A DNA stretch of 64,000 nucleotides from Podarcis erhardii (Eukaryota), in NCBI GenBank assembly GCA_964252035.1, contig OZ176206.1, one strand, 5' to 3'. Position 1 is the first letter of the stretch; each line of letters starts with the position of its first letter. Of this stretch, positions 1 through 34,803 are shown in pieces. Made by a program: the position numbers and the translations under genes. Under the pieces are notes generated by a model. That model worked only from the letters and a program-made list of their open reading frames with translations. It was not told the origin of the DNA and did no database searches.

Positions 1-13141
<13,141 letters not shown>

Positions 13142-13928
13142 CAGTACCAAGCCTGGAGACATTCTCACTGCAAACTGGCATGGGTGGGTGCCCCCTGAGG
13201 ATGGGTGCAGGCGCTCACACACACCCCAACCGCTTGCTGATGAATCCCAAGTCAGACAAGGAGGAAGAAGGAAAAAAAATCAATGAGAAAATCAATGGCA
13301 CTTTCTTCACACTGTCTCCCTGCGCACCAGGCAGCAGGAGCAGGGGAAGGTGAGGTGCAGGCAGCTCCTTTCACACCGGTTGCTGTCTCGGAAGGCAGGC
13401 AGCTTGCGCACGGCAGCATCTTACCAGACTGGAGGGAGGAAGGAGAGAGACCGATGGAAGCAAGGAGCAAGAGAAACCCTGAGACACCCCCCTCTGTGCT
13501 GCATCGGCTGCCAAACAGGGAAGGGAGGTGACCAGGGCTGTTGACACACTCACAATCACAGCAGTTGTTTCAAGCGCTTTGATTCCTCCCGCCCCCCATT
13601 TGCCTGTGGGTGGATCTTTCCTCAGATAAACTGCAGGGCAAAACTGTGGGGGTAGGTGGGTTCTGGGGAGGGATGGGAGAGTTCTTTGGTTTCTTCTTGC
13701 ATCCAGGCCACAGTAAAATAAGTTGATAAAAAAAGAAGAAGAGAGCACTCAGCCAGGCCCTGGAGGTGGCACAGACAAGGGCCAGGCCACTGGACTCGAG
13801 ACCCAGGACATGCTCCAGGTATCCTTCAAAACCATAGGGAGGCAGCAGCCACCTGACCCTGTACAATAAGTGGCGCAGAGCAAGGACTTTGCAATTCAGT
13901 TTTTAAATGGAGTAAAATCCGTATGGTT

Positions 13929-13967
13929 TATATATATATATATATAAATATATATAAATATATATAT
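13929..13967. repeat. (TA)n-rich tract in ANKRD11 3' UTR
   Basis: Direct reading. Confidence 0.9.
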
Positions 13968-14091
13968 TTTTCCTTTAATCTTGGGCATTTTGTTTCTCTT
14001 TCTGAGAACATAACTTGAAAAAAAAGATAAAACACTACAAGAGCCAATACTCGTATAAAGATAAATTGTATCCCATAAAAGCTGTACAGTT

Positions 14092-14246
14092 NNNNNNNNN
14101 NNNNNNNNNNNNNNNNNNNNNNNNNNNNNNNNNNNNNNNNNNNNNNNNNNNNNNNNNNNNNNNNNNNNNNNNNNNNNNNNNNNNNNNNNNNNNNNNNNNN
14201 NNNNNNNNNNNNNNNNNNNNNNNNNNNNNNNNNNNNNNNNNNNNNN
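14092..14246. other. Assembly gap (155 N)
   Basis: Run of N bases. Confidence 1.
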
Positions 14247-17200
14247 GTTCACCCTAGGCAGCACCCTCCCACCACCACCCCTTTCCCACTGCTCACCCCC
14301 AGGGAAGGGAAAAGCAACACACACCAATACAGAGGCCAAAGGGGTGAGGGATGTGGTCTTGTTGATCCTGTGGAACAGGTGGCCTGCAAAACAGGCAAGA
14401 GCAGAGCATGCCAAATGCTTATGTTTTTACGCTCACGTTTTGAATTTTGAGCAAAGACCCGGTGCCCATTTTCTGTGCAGAATCTGCAGCTACATAACAT
14501 ATTTAAACAGGGGCGCCTTGGAAGGGTCTAAAGGGATGAGAAGGCAGGCCCTTGCACATTCAGACTTGTGAGAGTCCTGCCTCCTCATGACAGGATGGAG
14601 TGAACCAGGGCCCCTGTGGGCTGGGGAGGGTGGGGAGTGGATGAGAGGGAGAGAGAGCAGCCGAAGCCATTTCTCAAACCAAAGCCTGAAGCTGTGACAA
14701 AAGGACACAGGTGCTTCAGAAGGATGTGCTTGGAAGCAGTCCCCAGCCTCAAATGCTGTTTGAGAAGGCAAACATGCAAAGCAAGGGGCCCTGTAAGCCC
14801 CAACATCTCTTCCTCTTCACTGAAGAGGTTTCTGGCCCAACATTTCTCAGGGTACGAGTTGCTGATAATATGCCAGAACTTCAAATTAGGGAAGTTCAGT
14901 GCAGGCATTCTCCTTGTCCTGATGTGGCTCCCCCATTGTTAGTGTAGGCCTGCTGGATTGCTTGCTAATTTGGTGGTCAGCAGGTTGAAGTGTGGTTTGC
15001 GATTTGATAGTTTGGGCTCTGCCACTCTTGCCTTGGAGCACAAGATGAGGCCAGAGTATTCCTGAGTTGAGCTAACAGAACTAAAAATACACCCCCTTCT
15101 CCTGAACTGCGTCAGAAGGTGTTATGTGGGCTTGTGGTGTTTCCTATTCCATAGTTGCCTTCTGATGTTGCCTTGCCTCTGTACTCTGAACAGTTGCAGA
15201 AAATCATGTTGAGTATCTGTGGCACACTATGTAGCCCCTTCCAGATGTGTAGCCACCAGTCAATCATATTCTGGGCAAGAGGATGGCTTAGAGAAGCAAA
15301 GATTATATTCCCACAGAGGGAAATTTTTGTGGAGGCAAGCTGAGGAATTTGTGGTTCTGTAGCTTAAGGACTTGTTCCTAAATCCTCACCATTCAGGAAA
15401 AGTGCATGTTGTGTTGTGGGGGAGGGGAGGAATGCCTTGCATTGTGTGGTTCCTGTGTTAGCAGAGAGCATCATTTTATTGGTCTTTTGGTTTAGCTAAG
15501 TTGAGCTCTAGGCCCACTTTCTGGCTGGTGTGTGACATTTTCTGAGAGACCTTGCTTCTTTGCATCTTCTGTGATTGAAGAGAACCCATTGCTCCCCAGT
15601 TTTCCATCAGTGTAAATCCCCTAGCTAAGGCAGGCAGCAAGAGTGTTGCAATGTGGGTTACTTGATCATGCCCAGTCCTTGTTACATATTCTTAGGTGTG
15701 CAGACACTAGCCCCTGGTGACTATGTGAGAGGAAGCAAAGTGCTTGTTGATGTTAAAAGCCATTCTCTTCAGTGCCTGGTCAGTCTGCCCTCCTCTTCTT
15801 TGGCTGACCCACATTGGTAGGAGTTCCTGCCACTCCTCCCAATTTTTTAAAAAATAATTTGTATCAGGCCAGGTGTTCCTTTGGCACTGCTTCTCTCTCT
15901 ACTTTGAGTCATTGGGTGGGGTGGCAGCTTGATAATCTGTGAACCATTTTAGGAGACTGCAGGGAAGGGGCAGGCAGGCAGCTAACAAGCCATTAGTCCC
16001 ACATCATGCCTTAGCAGCAAAGGTTCCTTTTGAAATACAGTTTAGTGGAGGAGAACCCATCTTCCTTTAAACCTTTTGGAGGGAAAAACCATCTAGCAGA
16101 TAGATGCCAGTTTGGCATTTAAAAAAAGAAGTAAAACCCAAAACCTATACACAGAACAGGCCAGGAAGACTATTTTATATTTTACTTTCACGTGCATATG
16201 ATATTTTAAAAGTATCACGACAGTTGCATCCTCTGAATTGTTTGTTGCTGCTTTAAAGGCATGGCAGTAGCTGTGGCAGGTGCTGTGGAAGACATTTGCT
16301 AACCTAGCGATTCCCTTACCCTAAGCAAGGAGGTCTTCCAAATGGCCTTCTCACTCACCATTGGTCAGAATTCTGGGGCTTTGAGAGCAGCCTCTAACAT
16401 TGATGGGGTAATGACTTGACTTCCCAAAGATGGCATCTCCTGCCAATGCCACCTCAGCCACATACGTCTCCCTTGCTGATTGGCTCACATATACCCATCC
16501 TTCACACACAGGTTTTTCATGCCTACCTCTAGCTCCTTTGCTCTCACCCTAGCAAACTGCTTTTGTGCTGCTTACTGGACTGTTTGGGTCCTTCATGGTG
16601 GGTGTCTGTGTGCGAGAGACACATTGCCTGTAAACGTTTGTGTTCTGACGCTTTAGAGCCTTGAGAGTGAACATTCTGTGCCCTGGAAGAAACGCCGGCC
16701 GCTTTTACCCTGTGTTTCCACAGGAACAACTTAAAAGCACTGCACTGTCCTCCATTCACAGCCAGGGTGGCTAAGGAAAGGAAGGGCTGGTTTAGCTAGT
16801 CTGCCCTGTTCAGAAACTTCCTTTATAACCACACAGAGTCACAGTGTAGGCCCTGACATCCCCCCCCCCATTATTATTTTTTATATCCGTGAATGGAAAG
16901 ACTTTCTAAAATCCTCAATTTTAAGACCAGGATACTAGCACGAGCATAACACCCTCCGACACATGCACTCTGTTGATTTGGACTTCAGTGTAAATTCCCC
17001 TCCTTGTTAAAAGGCTTCTACCAGACAGTGTATATACATGTAAATAACTCTCACAGGTCAATTCACAACCTTCTATTTGTACTAGTGTGACTTGCGTAGA
17101 ATGTGGGGTTTAAAACAGCGGCGGAGTGCGTTGTCTGTAATGTAACAATGTACTTTACTCTTTTTTTACAATGTAGTTTGTGTACATATTGTTTGGTGGT

Positions 17201-17362
17201 GCTGGTGCTGCCGAGGCCCCTGTTCTGCCACCACACAACTGTCCTTTAGCTGTACAACTTCCTGCGGAAAGAGACAAAGCGAATACAGATGTTATTTTCT
17301 ACAGTTGCATGTACAGAGAGAAGCGCAGAGATACTGTTGTCCCTCAAGAGATAATGTTCATA

Positions 17363-17368
17363 AATAAA
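17363..17368 (+). terminator. Distal polyadenylation signal AATAAA (candidate ANKRD11)
   Basis: AATAAA preceded by several TGTA elements and followed by an A-rich stretch. Confidence 0.6.
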
Positions 17369-18911
17369 TTTTTATAAAAAAAACAACAACTGGGCTCTTA
17401 ATTTCTCCAGCTTTGCCGAGGTATTAGTGTTGCATCCAGTTTAAGAGGTGAACACCATCTTCTTTGTGTACCCAGGCATCAGTCTTTACCAACCTGGTGC
17501 CCGCCAGATGTTTTGGACTACAATACCCATCATCCCTGGGAGTTGGGACTGATAGGAATTGCATTCCAGAACACTTGGAGGGCACCAGGTTGGCGATGAC
17601 TGATCCAGACTTTTTGGGCAAAGTGTTCCACATACTCTTGTACTACTAAGTCCTCATGCATGTCCGTTTTTACAGATACAGACAGGGATAGAATCAGTCC
17701 ATGTCTGGAGTGAGGTTTGAAGCCAGATCCCCAAGATTCAACTCTCCCTCCTACAACATACCATCTTGGGCAGGCAAGGTAAAATCTCACCTGTGTCATT
17801 CTAGAAGATACCAAAGGTATTTGGGTGGGCAGCTGGGGTTCTCTTGCACTAGTTGCTCTGCACTGCAGAAGATCCCAGGCTCATTCCCCAGGCAAGACGG
17901 TGAAATATTCCTGCCTGCAACCCTGGAGAGGTGCTGCCAATCAGTGTAGATTACTGTGCTAGTAGGATCAGGAATCTGACTGTAAAATGCAGTTTCCTTT
18001 GCCCTTTAGTGTAGCCCCAGCTGCAGGACAGACTCATCACATCCAGTACATCCATCAGTATTGACCCAAACAATTTCCTGCCTGCCTTTTGTATTTATGC
18101 AAATTATGTGGGTTTAATCCATACTTTGCCCCACTGAAACCAAAGTTGGACAACTAACTTGCCACTTGATTTCATTGGGACTAAAGCATAACTAGCTTAG
18201 TCTGGATCCAACTCTGTTCTTCCCCCTGCCCCTTTTATACCACATTAAATGCACAGCCTTGGATATATGCTGCCGCCTTGTGTGTTGATGTTGTAAAACC
18301 TTCCCTGAGTTTTCAAGAATAGAGCAATGCCAGATCTATAGAACAAGCTTTTACTGAAAAATGCAAGCTTCAGCCATGAAGACACCAGATGTGGCTGGCC
18401 TGACTCACTCACCTTTCAAGGTCTTAATGCTGGCTTCTCTGCTTAACTTCTATAACCAAAAAATGGGTGTTGGGATCCAGGCGTGCATCACCTGGAACAC
18501 CCCCTTTTTTTTGTTCACTTAGTGGCCCCTCCACTTAATTCAAAGGAACTGTGAGGACTGAACTGGGATTAAGCATTGGAGAAAATGCTCTTAAGTGGTC
18601 ATAACTAAGTTCTTCCCTTAAGGGAGAGCTCGGAGCATCTGTTCCTACTTTCTACCTCTAGCATTTTGCAACATCTCTCCACACAAGTACAGGTCCCATG
18701 CAAAGGTCATGAAGGAATAGACTGCATCCACACAGAATAATCCATTTTCTAACACACAGCATCAACAGATCTTGTAAATAACCCCTCTTCTTTCCCTTCA
18801 CCGGGTGTGGTGAATTTTTGGCCCTTGAGCCGCTGAGCCGCAGCTCTTATTATTCCTAGCCACTGACCAGGCTTGTTGCGGCTGATGGGATTTGTAGTTC
18901 AACATCTAGAC

Positions 18912-19301
18912 CATGGGTAGGCAAACTAAGGCCCGGGGACCGGATCAGGCCTAATCACCTTCTAAATCCAGCCCGTGGACAGTCCCAGAATCAGCATGTT
19001 TTTACATGAGTAGAATGTGTCCTTTTATTTAAAATGCATCCTTGGGTTATTTGTGGGGCCTGCCTGGTGTTTTTACATGAGTAGAATGTGTCCTTTTATT
19101 TAAAATGCATCTCTGGCTTATTTGTGGGTCCTGCCTGGTGTTTTTACATGAGTAGAATGTGTGCTTTTGTTTAAAATGCACCTCTGGGTTATTTGTGGGG
19201 CATAGGAATTCCTTCATTTTTTTCCCCAAAATATAGTCCGGCACCCACAAGGTCTGAGGGACAGTGGACCGCCCCCCTGCTGAAAAAGTTTGCTGACCCC
19301 A
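18912..19301. mobile_element. Non-autonomous hAT (Charlie-like) element with three internal 71-bp tandem repeats
   Basis: Ends CATGGGTAGGCAAACT / AGTTTGCTGACCCC; 8-bp TSD ATCTAGAC at 18904-18911 and 19302-19309; repeat units start at 18998, 19069, 19140. Confidence 0.8.
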
Positions 19302-19505
19302 ATCTAGACACTCAAAGGGTTACCCACACCTGGTTTACACACACAAATACATGTCCCGAATATCTCTCTCTACAATACTACAAGGTCAGGCATGTTAGCA
19401 TCCCACAGGTGTTTTCCTTCATGTTTTGGTGAGGCTCTTCCATGAAGCTTGTCTTGACAAATGCCATATTGTATGAGGGAGGGCAGGGATAGTGTGTTCA
19501 CCACC

Positions 19506-19509
<4 letters not shown>

Positions 19510-19551
<42 letters not shown>
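19510..19551. repeat. (GT)n microsatellite
   Basis: Direct reading. Confidence 0.95.
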
Positions 19552-19552
<1 letters not shown>

Positions 19553-22062
19553 ATTCACAACAACTGCTTTGTGTATCTAGTGCCACTGCCATTAGGTGCT
19601 GTCCAGTAGGGATGGAGAACAGCAACTCTTGGCAGCTGTGACCACCATGGTCAATAAGTTTGGGATAATTGGCAGCTGAAATGCACCAACATTTGACTGC
19701 AGGTTGCCCGTCCCTGCCATACAAAATCACCAAAGTGATGCAGTTCCAACCCCAGTGATCATATCTTGGGAAAGAGACATGAATAGGGTACAAAATTCCC
19801 AAACAGCCCTGAAGCTCACTGTGCGACCTTGGACCAATTGCTGCTGCTCAGACTAACCTACCTCACAGGCTTGTTGTGAGGATAAAATGGCGGAAAGGGA
19901 AACCCTCATATGCCACCTGGAGCTTGGAGGGAAGGTGGGATGTAGATGCAATAAAATAAAGATGAGGTCTGGGGAGAGGGAGATGAACATTTACATGCCT
20001 ATCTTAGGCTGAGTTGGATCATCTATTCCAGCATTGTTTCTTGACTCACAGGCATGCTTATGGTTATTTTGTTGTTTTATCACTTTTTTTGCCACCCTGG
20101 GCTCCTTTGGGAGGAAGGAATAAATTGAATAAATGAATGACTAATAAACCGGGATGTACTGTGATTGAAGCTGGAACCTCTTCAGTCCAAGCCACATATT
20201 CTGCTGCTGAGTTATAGCTTCACTCCAGGCTATGCCTATGAACATAAGAAGAACCCTGCTGGGTCGGGCCAAAGACTCCCCTCAAATTGGCATTCTTTTA
20301 TTGGCAATTTGCAGAGTTGGAGGCATAAATAGGAGACAGCCATGCACAGAAATAAAGAGTGCAAGGTGAGAGTTCCCAGAGTCCCTGACAGCATCAGCTT
20401 TGTGGCTTCCAGATGTTTTGGGCTAGCTGGGACTGGTGGAAGAAGACAGGCTAGTGAAGTTTGCTATATATACAAACAGGTGCACAGGGAACTTTCGTCT
20501 TGCACCACTAGGTGTCACCAGCAATTTGCTGAAACTTGCTCACCAGGCAGAGGCTGATCAAAAGGGCTGAAATCCCAGCTGCTTGTCAAAGCACAGCCAC
20601 AGCTTGCAGGGAGGTCATGGCAGGGAGCAGAGAAGATTAGCAGCAGCTGCAGCAGAGGTAACCTACTGTTTTATTACATTTAGACTCTGCTTTTCCATGT
20701 AAAGTGACCAAGGTGGCTTAACAATTAAATGCTACTTCTAGCCCCCTTGGGATCAGCTGTGGATCTGGAGAAAATGTGTCGTCTTTTCTGCGTGGTGCGT
20801 GGACAGGGTCTTGCTATTCTGGATATATTAATTACCAGGGTGAGGATGGAATGGGACACTTTGTTTAACACCTTTGTGCCGATCCTTCCTCTTAAGATGC
20901 TCAGAGGGCTGTTTTAGCCACGCATCGTGAGGTTTGCTCACTTTGGCTTCTGCTGCAAAGATTGTGAAAGAGTTGTCACTTCCTCATTGCAAGGTTTCCA
21001 TTTCTTCACTGGAAAGAAAGAGTGTTTCTGGCTCAAGGCACTCTGACTTTTGCAAGACCTGGAAACACAAGAAACGGCCTCACCTGGTATCAGATCATTG
21101 ATCCATCTAACTCAGGGTGGTATATTATTTATTTATTGCATTTATATTCCATTTTTCCCTCCAAGGAAGTGGCAAAGACGCTCTGTTCCTTGCATCCCCC
21201 TGTCTGAATCCTTGCAGCAGAAGTTGGACACCCCACTGCCTCACACAAGCAGGTGCTGCTCCCTCTTCCCTTGTTAAATGATCAACCTGACAACCAGGAA
21301 GGTGACGGTTTGCATCCCCATCAAGGTGCTGTGCTTCTCCACTGCCACTCAAATGAGAGGTCTTGCAGAGAGGGAAAGCAAAAAACGGCTTGGGGGCTGG
21401 ATCAGGTGTATACAATACAGGGCTAGATAGACCCAAGAGGCTGACTCAGTACAGAGCAGTGTTTCCTTCCCTTAAAAATAATTTTTAAAAGGAGTTCTCA
21501 GAACAGTCACAGTTGAGGGCTACCCCTGCCAACAATTATTTTGAAGATGGCAAGCTATTTCCTGCAGTTAACCCTGGGATTTGATCCACATGGACAATGT
21601 TTCACAGGATCTGTTGCTACAGCTCAGCTTGCCATGTTCTAAGGATTTGTTTTGCTGGAATAATCAGTTGGTGAGACAAAAGCTGGCTGTGTTGTGTCCT
21701 CTCAGAGCACTTTGGAGCGATGAAATAGCATCCTGATTCACCTTTGCAAACAAGAATTTGAAGTGGGTTAAATTGCTGAACAGTCCAGAGATTTAAAGAG
21801 CAATTTTCAGGACACGTCTTAGCATTGGGTGAGATTCTGATGTTTAGCAATTTCTATCACCTGGGGGACAGAATATTTAAAGACAACGCTGACATGAACT
21901 AATGTAGTTGTTTTGCTGGAGGGAGATAACTTCAACGTAGGCTGAAAAAACACAGAACACATTTAAAGCACATTCTCTGCCCCTGCCCCCCCCCCACAAA
22001 AAAAGAATCCTGGGAACTGTAGTTTGTTAAGGATGCTGGGAATTGCAGCTGTTCCTGGGATT

Positions 22063-22064
<2 letters not shown>

Positions 22065-22098
<34 letters not shown>
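22065..22098. repeat. (GT)n microsatellite
   Basis: Direct reading. Confidence 0.95.
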
Positions 22099-22100
<2 letters not shown>

Positions 22101-23017
22101 GGGGGGAATGAGCATTATATGAATGGTATGCATACAGCCAATGTGTCCCAGTAGACAGAACCAGCCTTTGCCCTGCAATACTTGTGTTAAGATTCACCGA
22201 GACTAGTCTGACAGCCACACAGTCCCCCAGTCTGCTGAGGTGCAGTGACAAGCTTCTCGCAGGGGTGCAGGCTGTTTGGCACAAGCACAGCAGCACTTGT
22301 CAAACACACTTGGCAAGCTTAAACCTGATATAGGATACAATCACTCAGAGGCAGTAGCTGAAAGAAAGCTGCTTGACCGGAATGTGCTTGCTCCTTCTCT
22401 GTCTCAGCTGCTAGAGTGCTAATAATCTTTCCTCCCTCTTCCCCAGATTATCTCTCCCTGCCCAGATGAGTAAATTGATAAGAGCTCCATTTACAGACAG
22501 GGAGGGGCCCTTAGAACAAAAGGCCTTTTTATCAGCAGCCACTCTGTCCCAGCTGTGCAACCTCAGCTACTGTCTCTGAGCCTTCTCACTGGGCAAAGTT
22601 AAAAGCAAGGCCTCTTCTTGACTGTGCACTCCCTGCCCCTGCCCCCCCCCAACACCACTTAGGAACAACATTTAGATCTGCATTGTAACATGGAGAAATT
22701 TTCCCACCCCACCCCACTACCTTGGGAAAGGTGAGTCTAAGAAGCAGGAAGCCAGGGAGGGAAAGCTGACCAGTCCCTGGGATCATGTGACTCTCAGGCA
22801 AGGTGTTTCTAGGACTTTAGGCGGCTGGCGAGTGATTTCAAACTCTGTGTCTGTTTTTATGCAATAACAGATGGGGAGGCCGCTCCTCACTTCCCTAAAA
22901 GGCAACTGCAAAGCTCTACCACCAGCAGTTTGTTCTGCTATGGAGTAATATGTAAAACACTATTTAATTTTGGGGGGGGGGCGGGGGAAGCATGGGGATT
23001 TTTAAAGACTAGAAATA

Positions 23018-23206
23018 GGGAGGGGTTGTAGCTCAGTGGTTGAGCATCTGCTTTGCACAGAGCAGGACCCAGGTTCAATCCATGATGTCTCCAGATAAGA
23101 CTGTGGATGTGCCTTGTCTGAAACACAAACAAGAGAGCCACTATGTGTTAGCAGTGCTGAGCTAGATGGCCTGACTTGGTATAATAAGACAACTTCCTAT
23201 TTTCCT
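23018..23206 (+). mobile_element. tRNA-derived squamate SINE (Squam3-like); related diverged copies near 5020, 6510, 26410, 33260, 45680(-) and 49430(-)
   Basis: Pol III A box TAGCTCAGTGG, B box GGTTCAATCC and the family 3' body ...GAGCTAGATGG...CAACTTCCTAT. Confidence 0.7.
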
Positions 23207-23584
23207 AAAAACAAAAGGAAGCAGCTGTAAGCAGGTTGGAGTTTACATTTGGGCGCAGATCCTGGGTTTGGAGGGGGCTCTTTGTGAAAGAATATTGGGT
23301 CAAATTGCAGCACCTGTCTGTTCTAGTTTCTTATTACAAGGGTACACCAGGCTAAATGGTGCACTCGTCAGTCCAGATAAAGAGCCTGTGTTTTCCAGGT
23401 CCTTTTTTCAAGTAGCCATAGCTAAGGGCCTATGTATGACCTCCTACCATCTTTCCTGGGTTCTGCACAGTCTTCCTTAATGTAGTGGGAGAGGCCATCC
23501 AATGAAGATGACAAGGGCATAGCCAGGATTTTTATTGATTTGGGGGGGGGGGCAGCTGTCTCCTCTGCTCCCCCTTGGCTGTGC

Positions 23585-23900
23585 TCATGGAAGCTGAATG
23601 CAGGAAAATTCAGGACAGACAAAAGGAAGCACTTCTTCACAAAGTGAAGTTAAACTGCCAAACTTGCTCCTACAGTTTGTAGTGATAATATAGCTGTAAA
23701 AGGCTTGGGTAAATTCATGGAGGACAAGGCTGTGTTCTACCTCCACAGTAGGAGACAGTGATGCTTCTGAAAGCCAATGGCTAAAAATCACAGGAGGGAG
23801 GGAGATCCCTTGTGCTCACATCCTGCTTGCAAGCTTCCTGTGGGCATCTGGTTGGCCATCTGAAGAACAGGGGGGGGGGGGGCTAGATGGGACTTTGGTC
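23585..23900 (+). mobile_element. CR1 LINE 3' fragment
   Basis: Encodes degenerate KLNAGKFRTDKRKHFFT, typical of the CR1 ORF2 end. Confidence 0.65.
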
Positions 23901-24199
23901 TGATCCAGCTTCAGGGCAGCAGCACACCCAAGAGGCAGCTTTGGTTCCTATATGAGTCAGAAGCTGGTGGTGCCTAAGGAAACTTGGTTGGAGGGTGGTT
24001 TAAAAAGTGTATTATCATTACTCTCGCAGGATCAATGACAGCAAAGAGTCTTGTGGAATTGCCTTCAAGGCTACCTGTTTTTGCTTAAGCTTTAGTGGAT
24101 TGCAGCCTGTTTCGTCAGATGCAGCCCACTCTATCCTCCACAATGTCCAAACAGAGAATGCTGGACACACGCACAGTAATTTGCAAGGCTGGTGAGTGA

Positions 24200-24660
24200 G
24201 CTTTGCAGAGGAATCTGCCTGGCCTCTCCTTCTAGGATCCAGGATACAATACTGGGCTGGATGGCTCGCCCCAAAAAGTCTGCTCCAGCCAGGCTCTTGA
24301 TCTAAGGGGGTGGGACTTCTGCAATGATCCTCAATCTCCCTCCTGCTTTTGAAGGGAGAAAAGGCTTTTATTTTGCCTACAGCACTCACACTTTGGAACT
24401 CCCTGCCTATCACAATCAGGCAGGTGTCTTCAATGACTCTTTTGGGCACCTGCTAAAATATTTTTGTTTAGGCAAATCTACCCAGGCATGCAGAGTGTTG
24501 TAATGTGCTTTAATCTTGTGTTTTGTTTTTGTTTTTAGTTTATCGTTTATTTTAATTATTTTTGAATAATATAGATAGTAATTTTAACTGCTTTTTTTTT
24601 TTTTTTACTGATAATTTTACTGTTTTATCCTTTTTGTAAACCGCTTTGAAATTTTATGCT
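24200..24660 (+). mobile_element. L2 LINE 3' fragment
   Basis: AGGGCTTTT..GCCTACAGCAC..TTGGAACTCCCTGCC motif followed by a T-rich tail. Confidence 0.6.
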
Positions 24661-24789
24661 ATCACGCGAATATATGTTGCCATCCCACCACCTTATTTTC
24701 TCATGTAAATCAACAGGCAAAACTTAGGGAAACGCGTCCGGAATCGTTTGAAGAATCCACCCGGTACGCCTTACGCGACGGGGCGGACG

Positions 24790-24841
24790 AGAACCAGTAG
24801 GCGGCGCTGAGGAGGAGGAGGAAAGACTTGTGTCTGCGTCG
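24790..24841 (+). other. SLC22A31: Candidate non-coding first exon of SLC22A31 (start approximate)
   Basis: Donor G|GTGAGC at 24841/24842, downstream branch point CCTAAC at 25088-25093 and acceptor tttgctccag| at 25135. Confidence 0.5.
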
Positions 24842-25157
24842 GTGAGCGGGCCGTCTAAAAAGCGGGAGCCGCAAGCAGCCCTCCTTACCCCGGCTGCTTT
24901 TCCTAGACGGCTCTCTTGGTGCACTCAGGCCGAGAGGGAGGAAGCGAGCGGCGGCGGCAGCAGCGGGGGAGGGTACCGTCGAGGGTCGCTGCCTCGCCGT
25001 GCGCTCCCCAGTCCTTTCTTCCTTCCGAGCTCCCAGGGGGCGGCTCCCTCCGGCCGGCCTCCTTAAGCACCCGCCCCGCCGCGGCCGCCTAACTAGCCAG
25101 CCAGCCAGCCAGGCGGCGCTGCTCTTTTGCTCCAGGTGACCGTCCTGCCCGCGGCGC

Positions 25158-34440
<9,283 letters not shown>

Positions 34441-34753
34441 AGGCCTGCTGGCCACTGGACTGCATGCCTTGGGGCAGCGAGGAGGGTGTTTAAGTCCCCC
34501 CCCCCCCCGGTTGAAGGACTGCACCATGTTCCTAAAAACTGGAGTGAGGCTGTGAGCACAGAGGGCGGCTGGCCGTCACACAGGATCATCTGCCTCTTGC
34601 CCCCCAGACGTTTGGGGCTAGTATGGGAGTTGTAGTCCAAAACACCTGCAGGGCGCCAGCTTTTTGGACTCACCTCTCTCTGTCTCGCAGGGAAAGAGCC
34701 ACTGCAGCCCTACCCTCAGTGCCTTATAGACTCTGGTGCCCCCAAGCACGTCT

Positions 34754-34759
34754 AATAAA
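34754..34759 (+). terminator. SLC22A31 polyadenylation signal AATAAA
   Basis: First AATAAA after the stop codon (~310 nt), followed by a GT-containing element. Confidence 0.7.
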
Positions 34760-34797
34760 AAACTGTGTGACACCTTTGTAGCTCCATCTTCAACTGC

Positions 34798-34803
34798 TTT
34801 ATT
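34798..34803 (-). terminator. CDH15 polyadenylation signal AATAAA (TTTATT on +)
   Basis: First minus-strand AATAAA I found downstream of the CDH15 stop (~630 nt). Confidence 0.65.

Larger units (their letters stand above)
13142..17390 (+). other. ANKRD11: Probable long ANKRD11 3' UTR
   Basis: I recognised no transposon between the stop codon and the AATAAA at 17363. The stretch has AU-rich, UTR-like blocks, and repeats resume at ~17470. The endpoint is inferred. Confidence 0.55.

Noticed and set aside
18998-19205. Regular 71-bp repeats resembling a CRISPR array
   Set aside because: Eukaryotic DNA, head-to-tail units without unique spacers, lying inside a TSD-flanked hAT element.
23018-23100. 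tRNA-like A/B boxes here and near 26410, 46300 and 60680
   Set aside because: They are SINE heads continuing into SINE bodies and tails; no complete cloverleaf, so not called tRNA genes.
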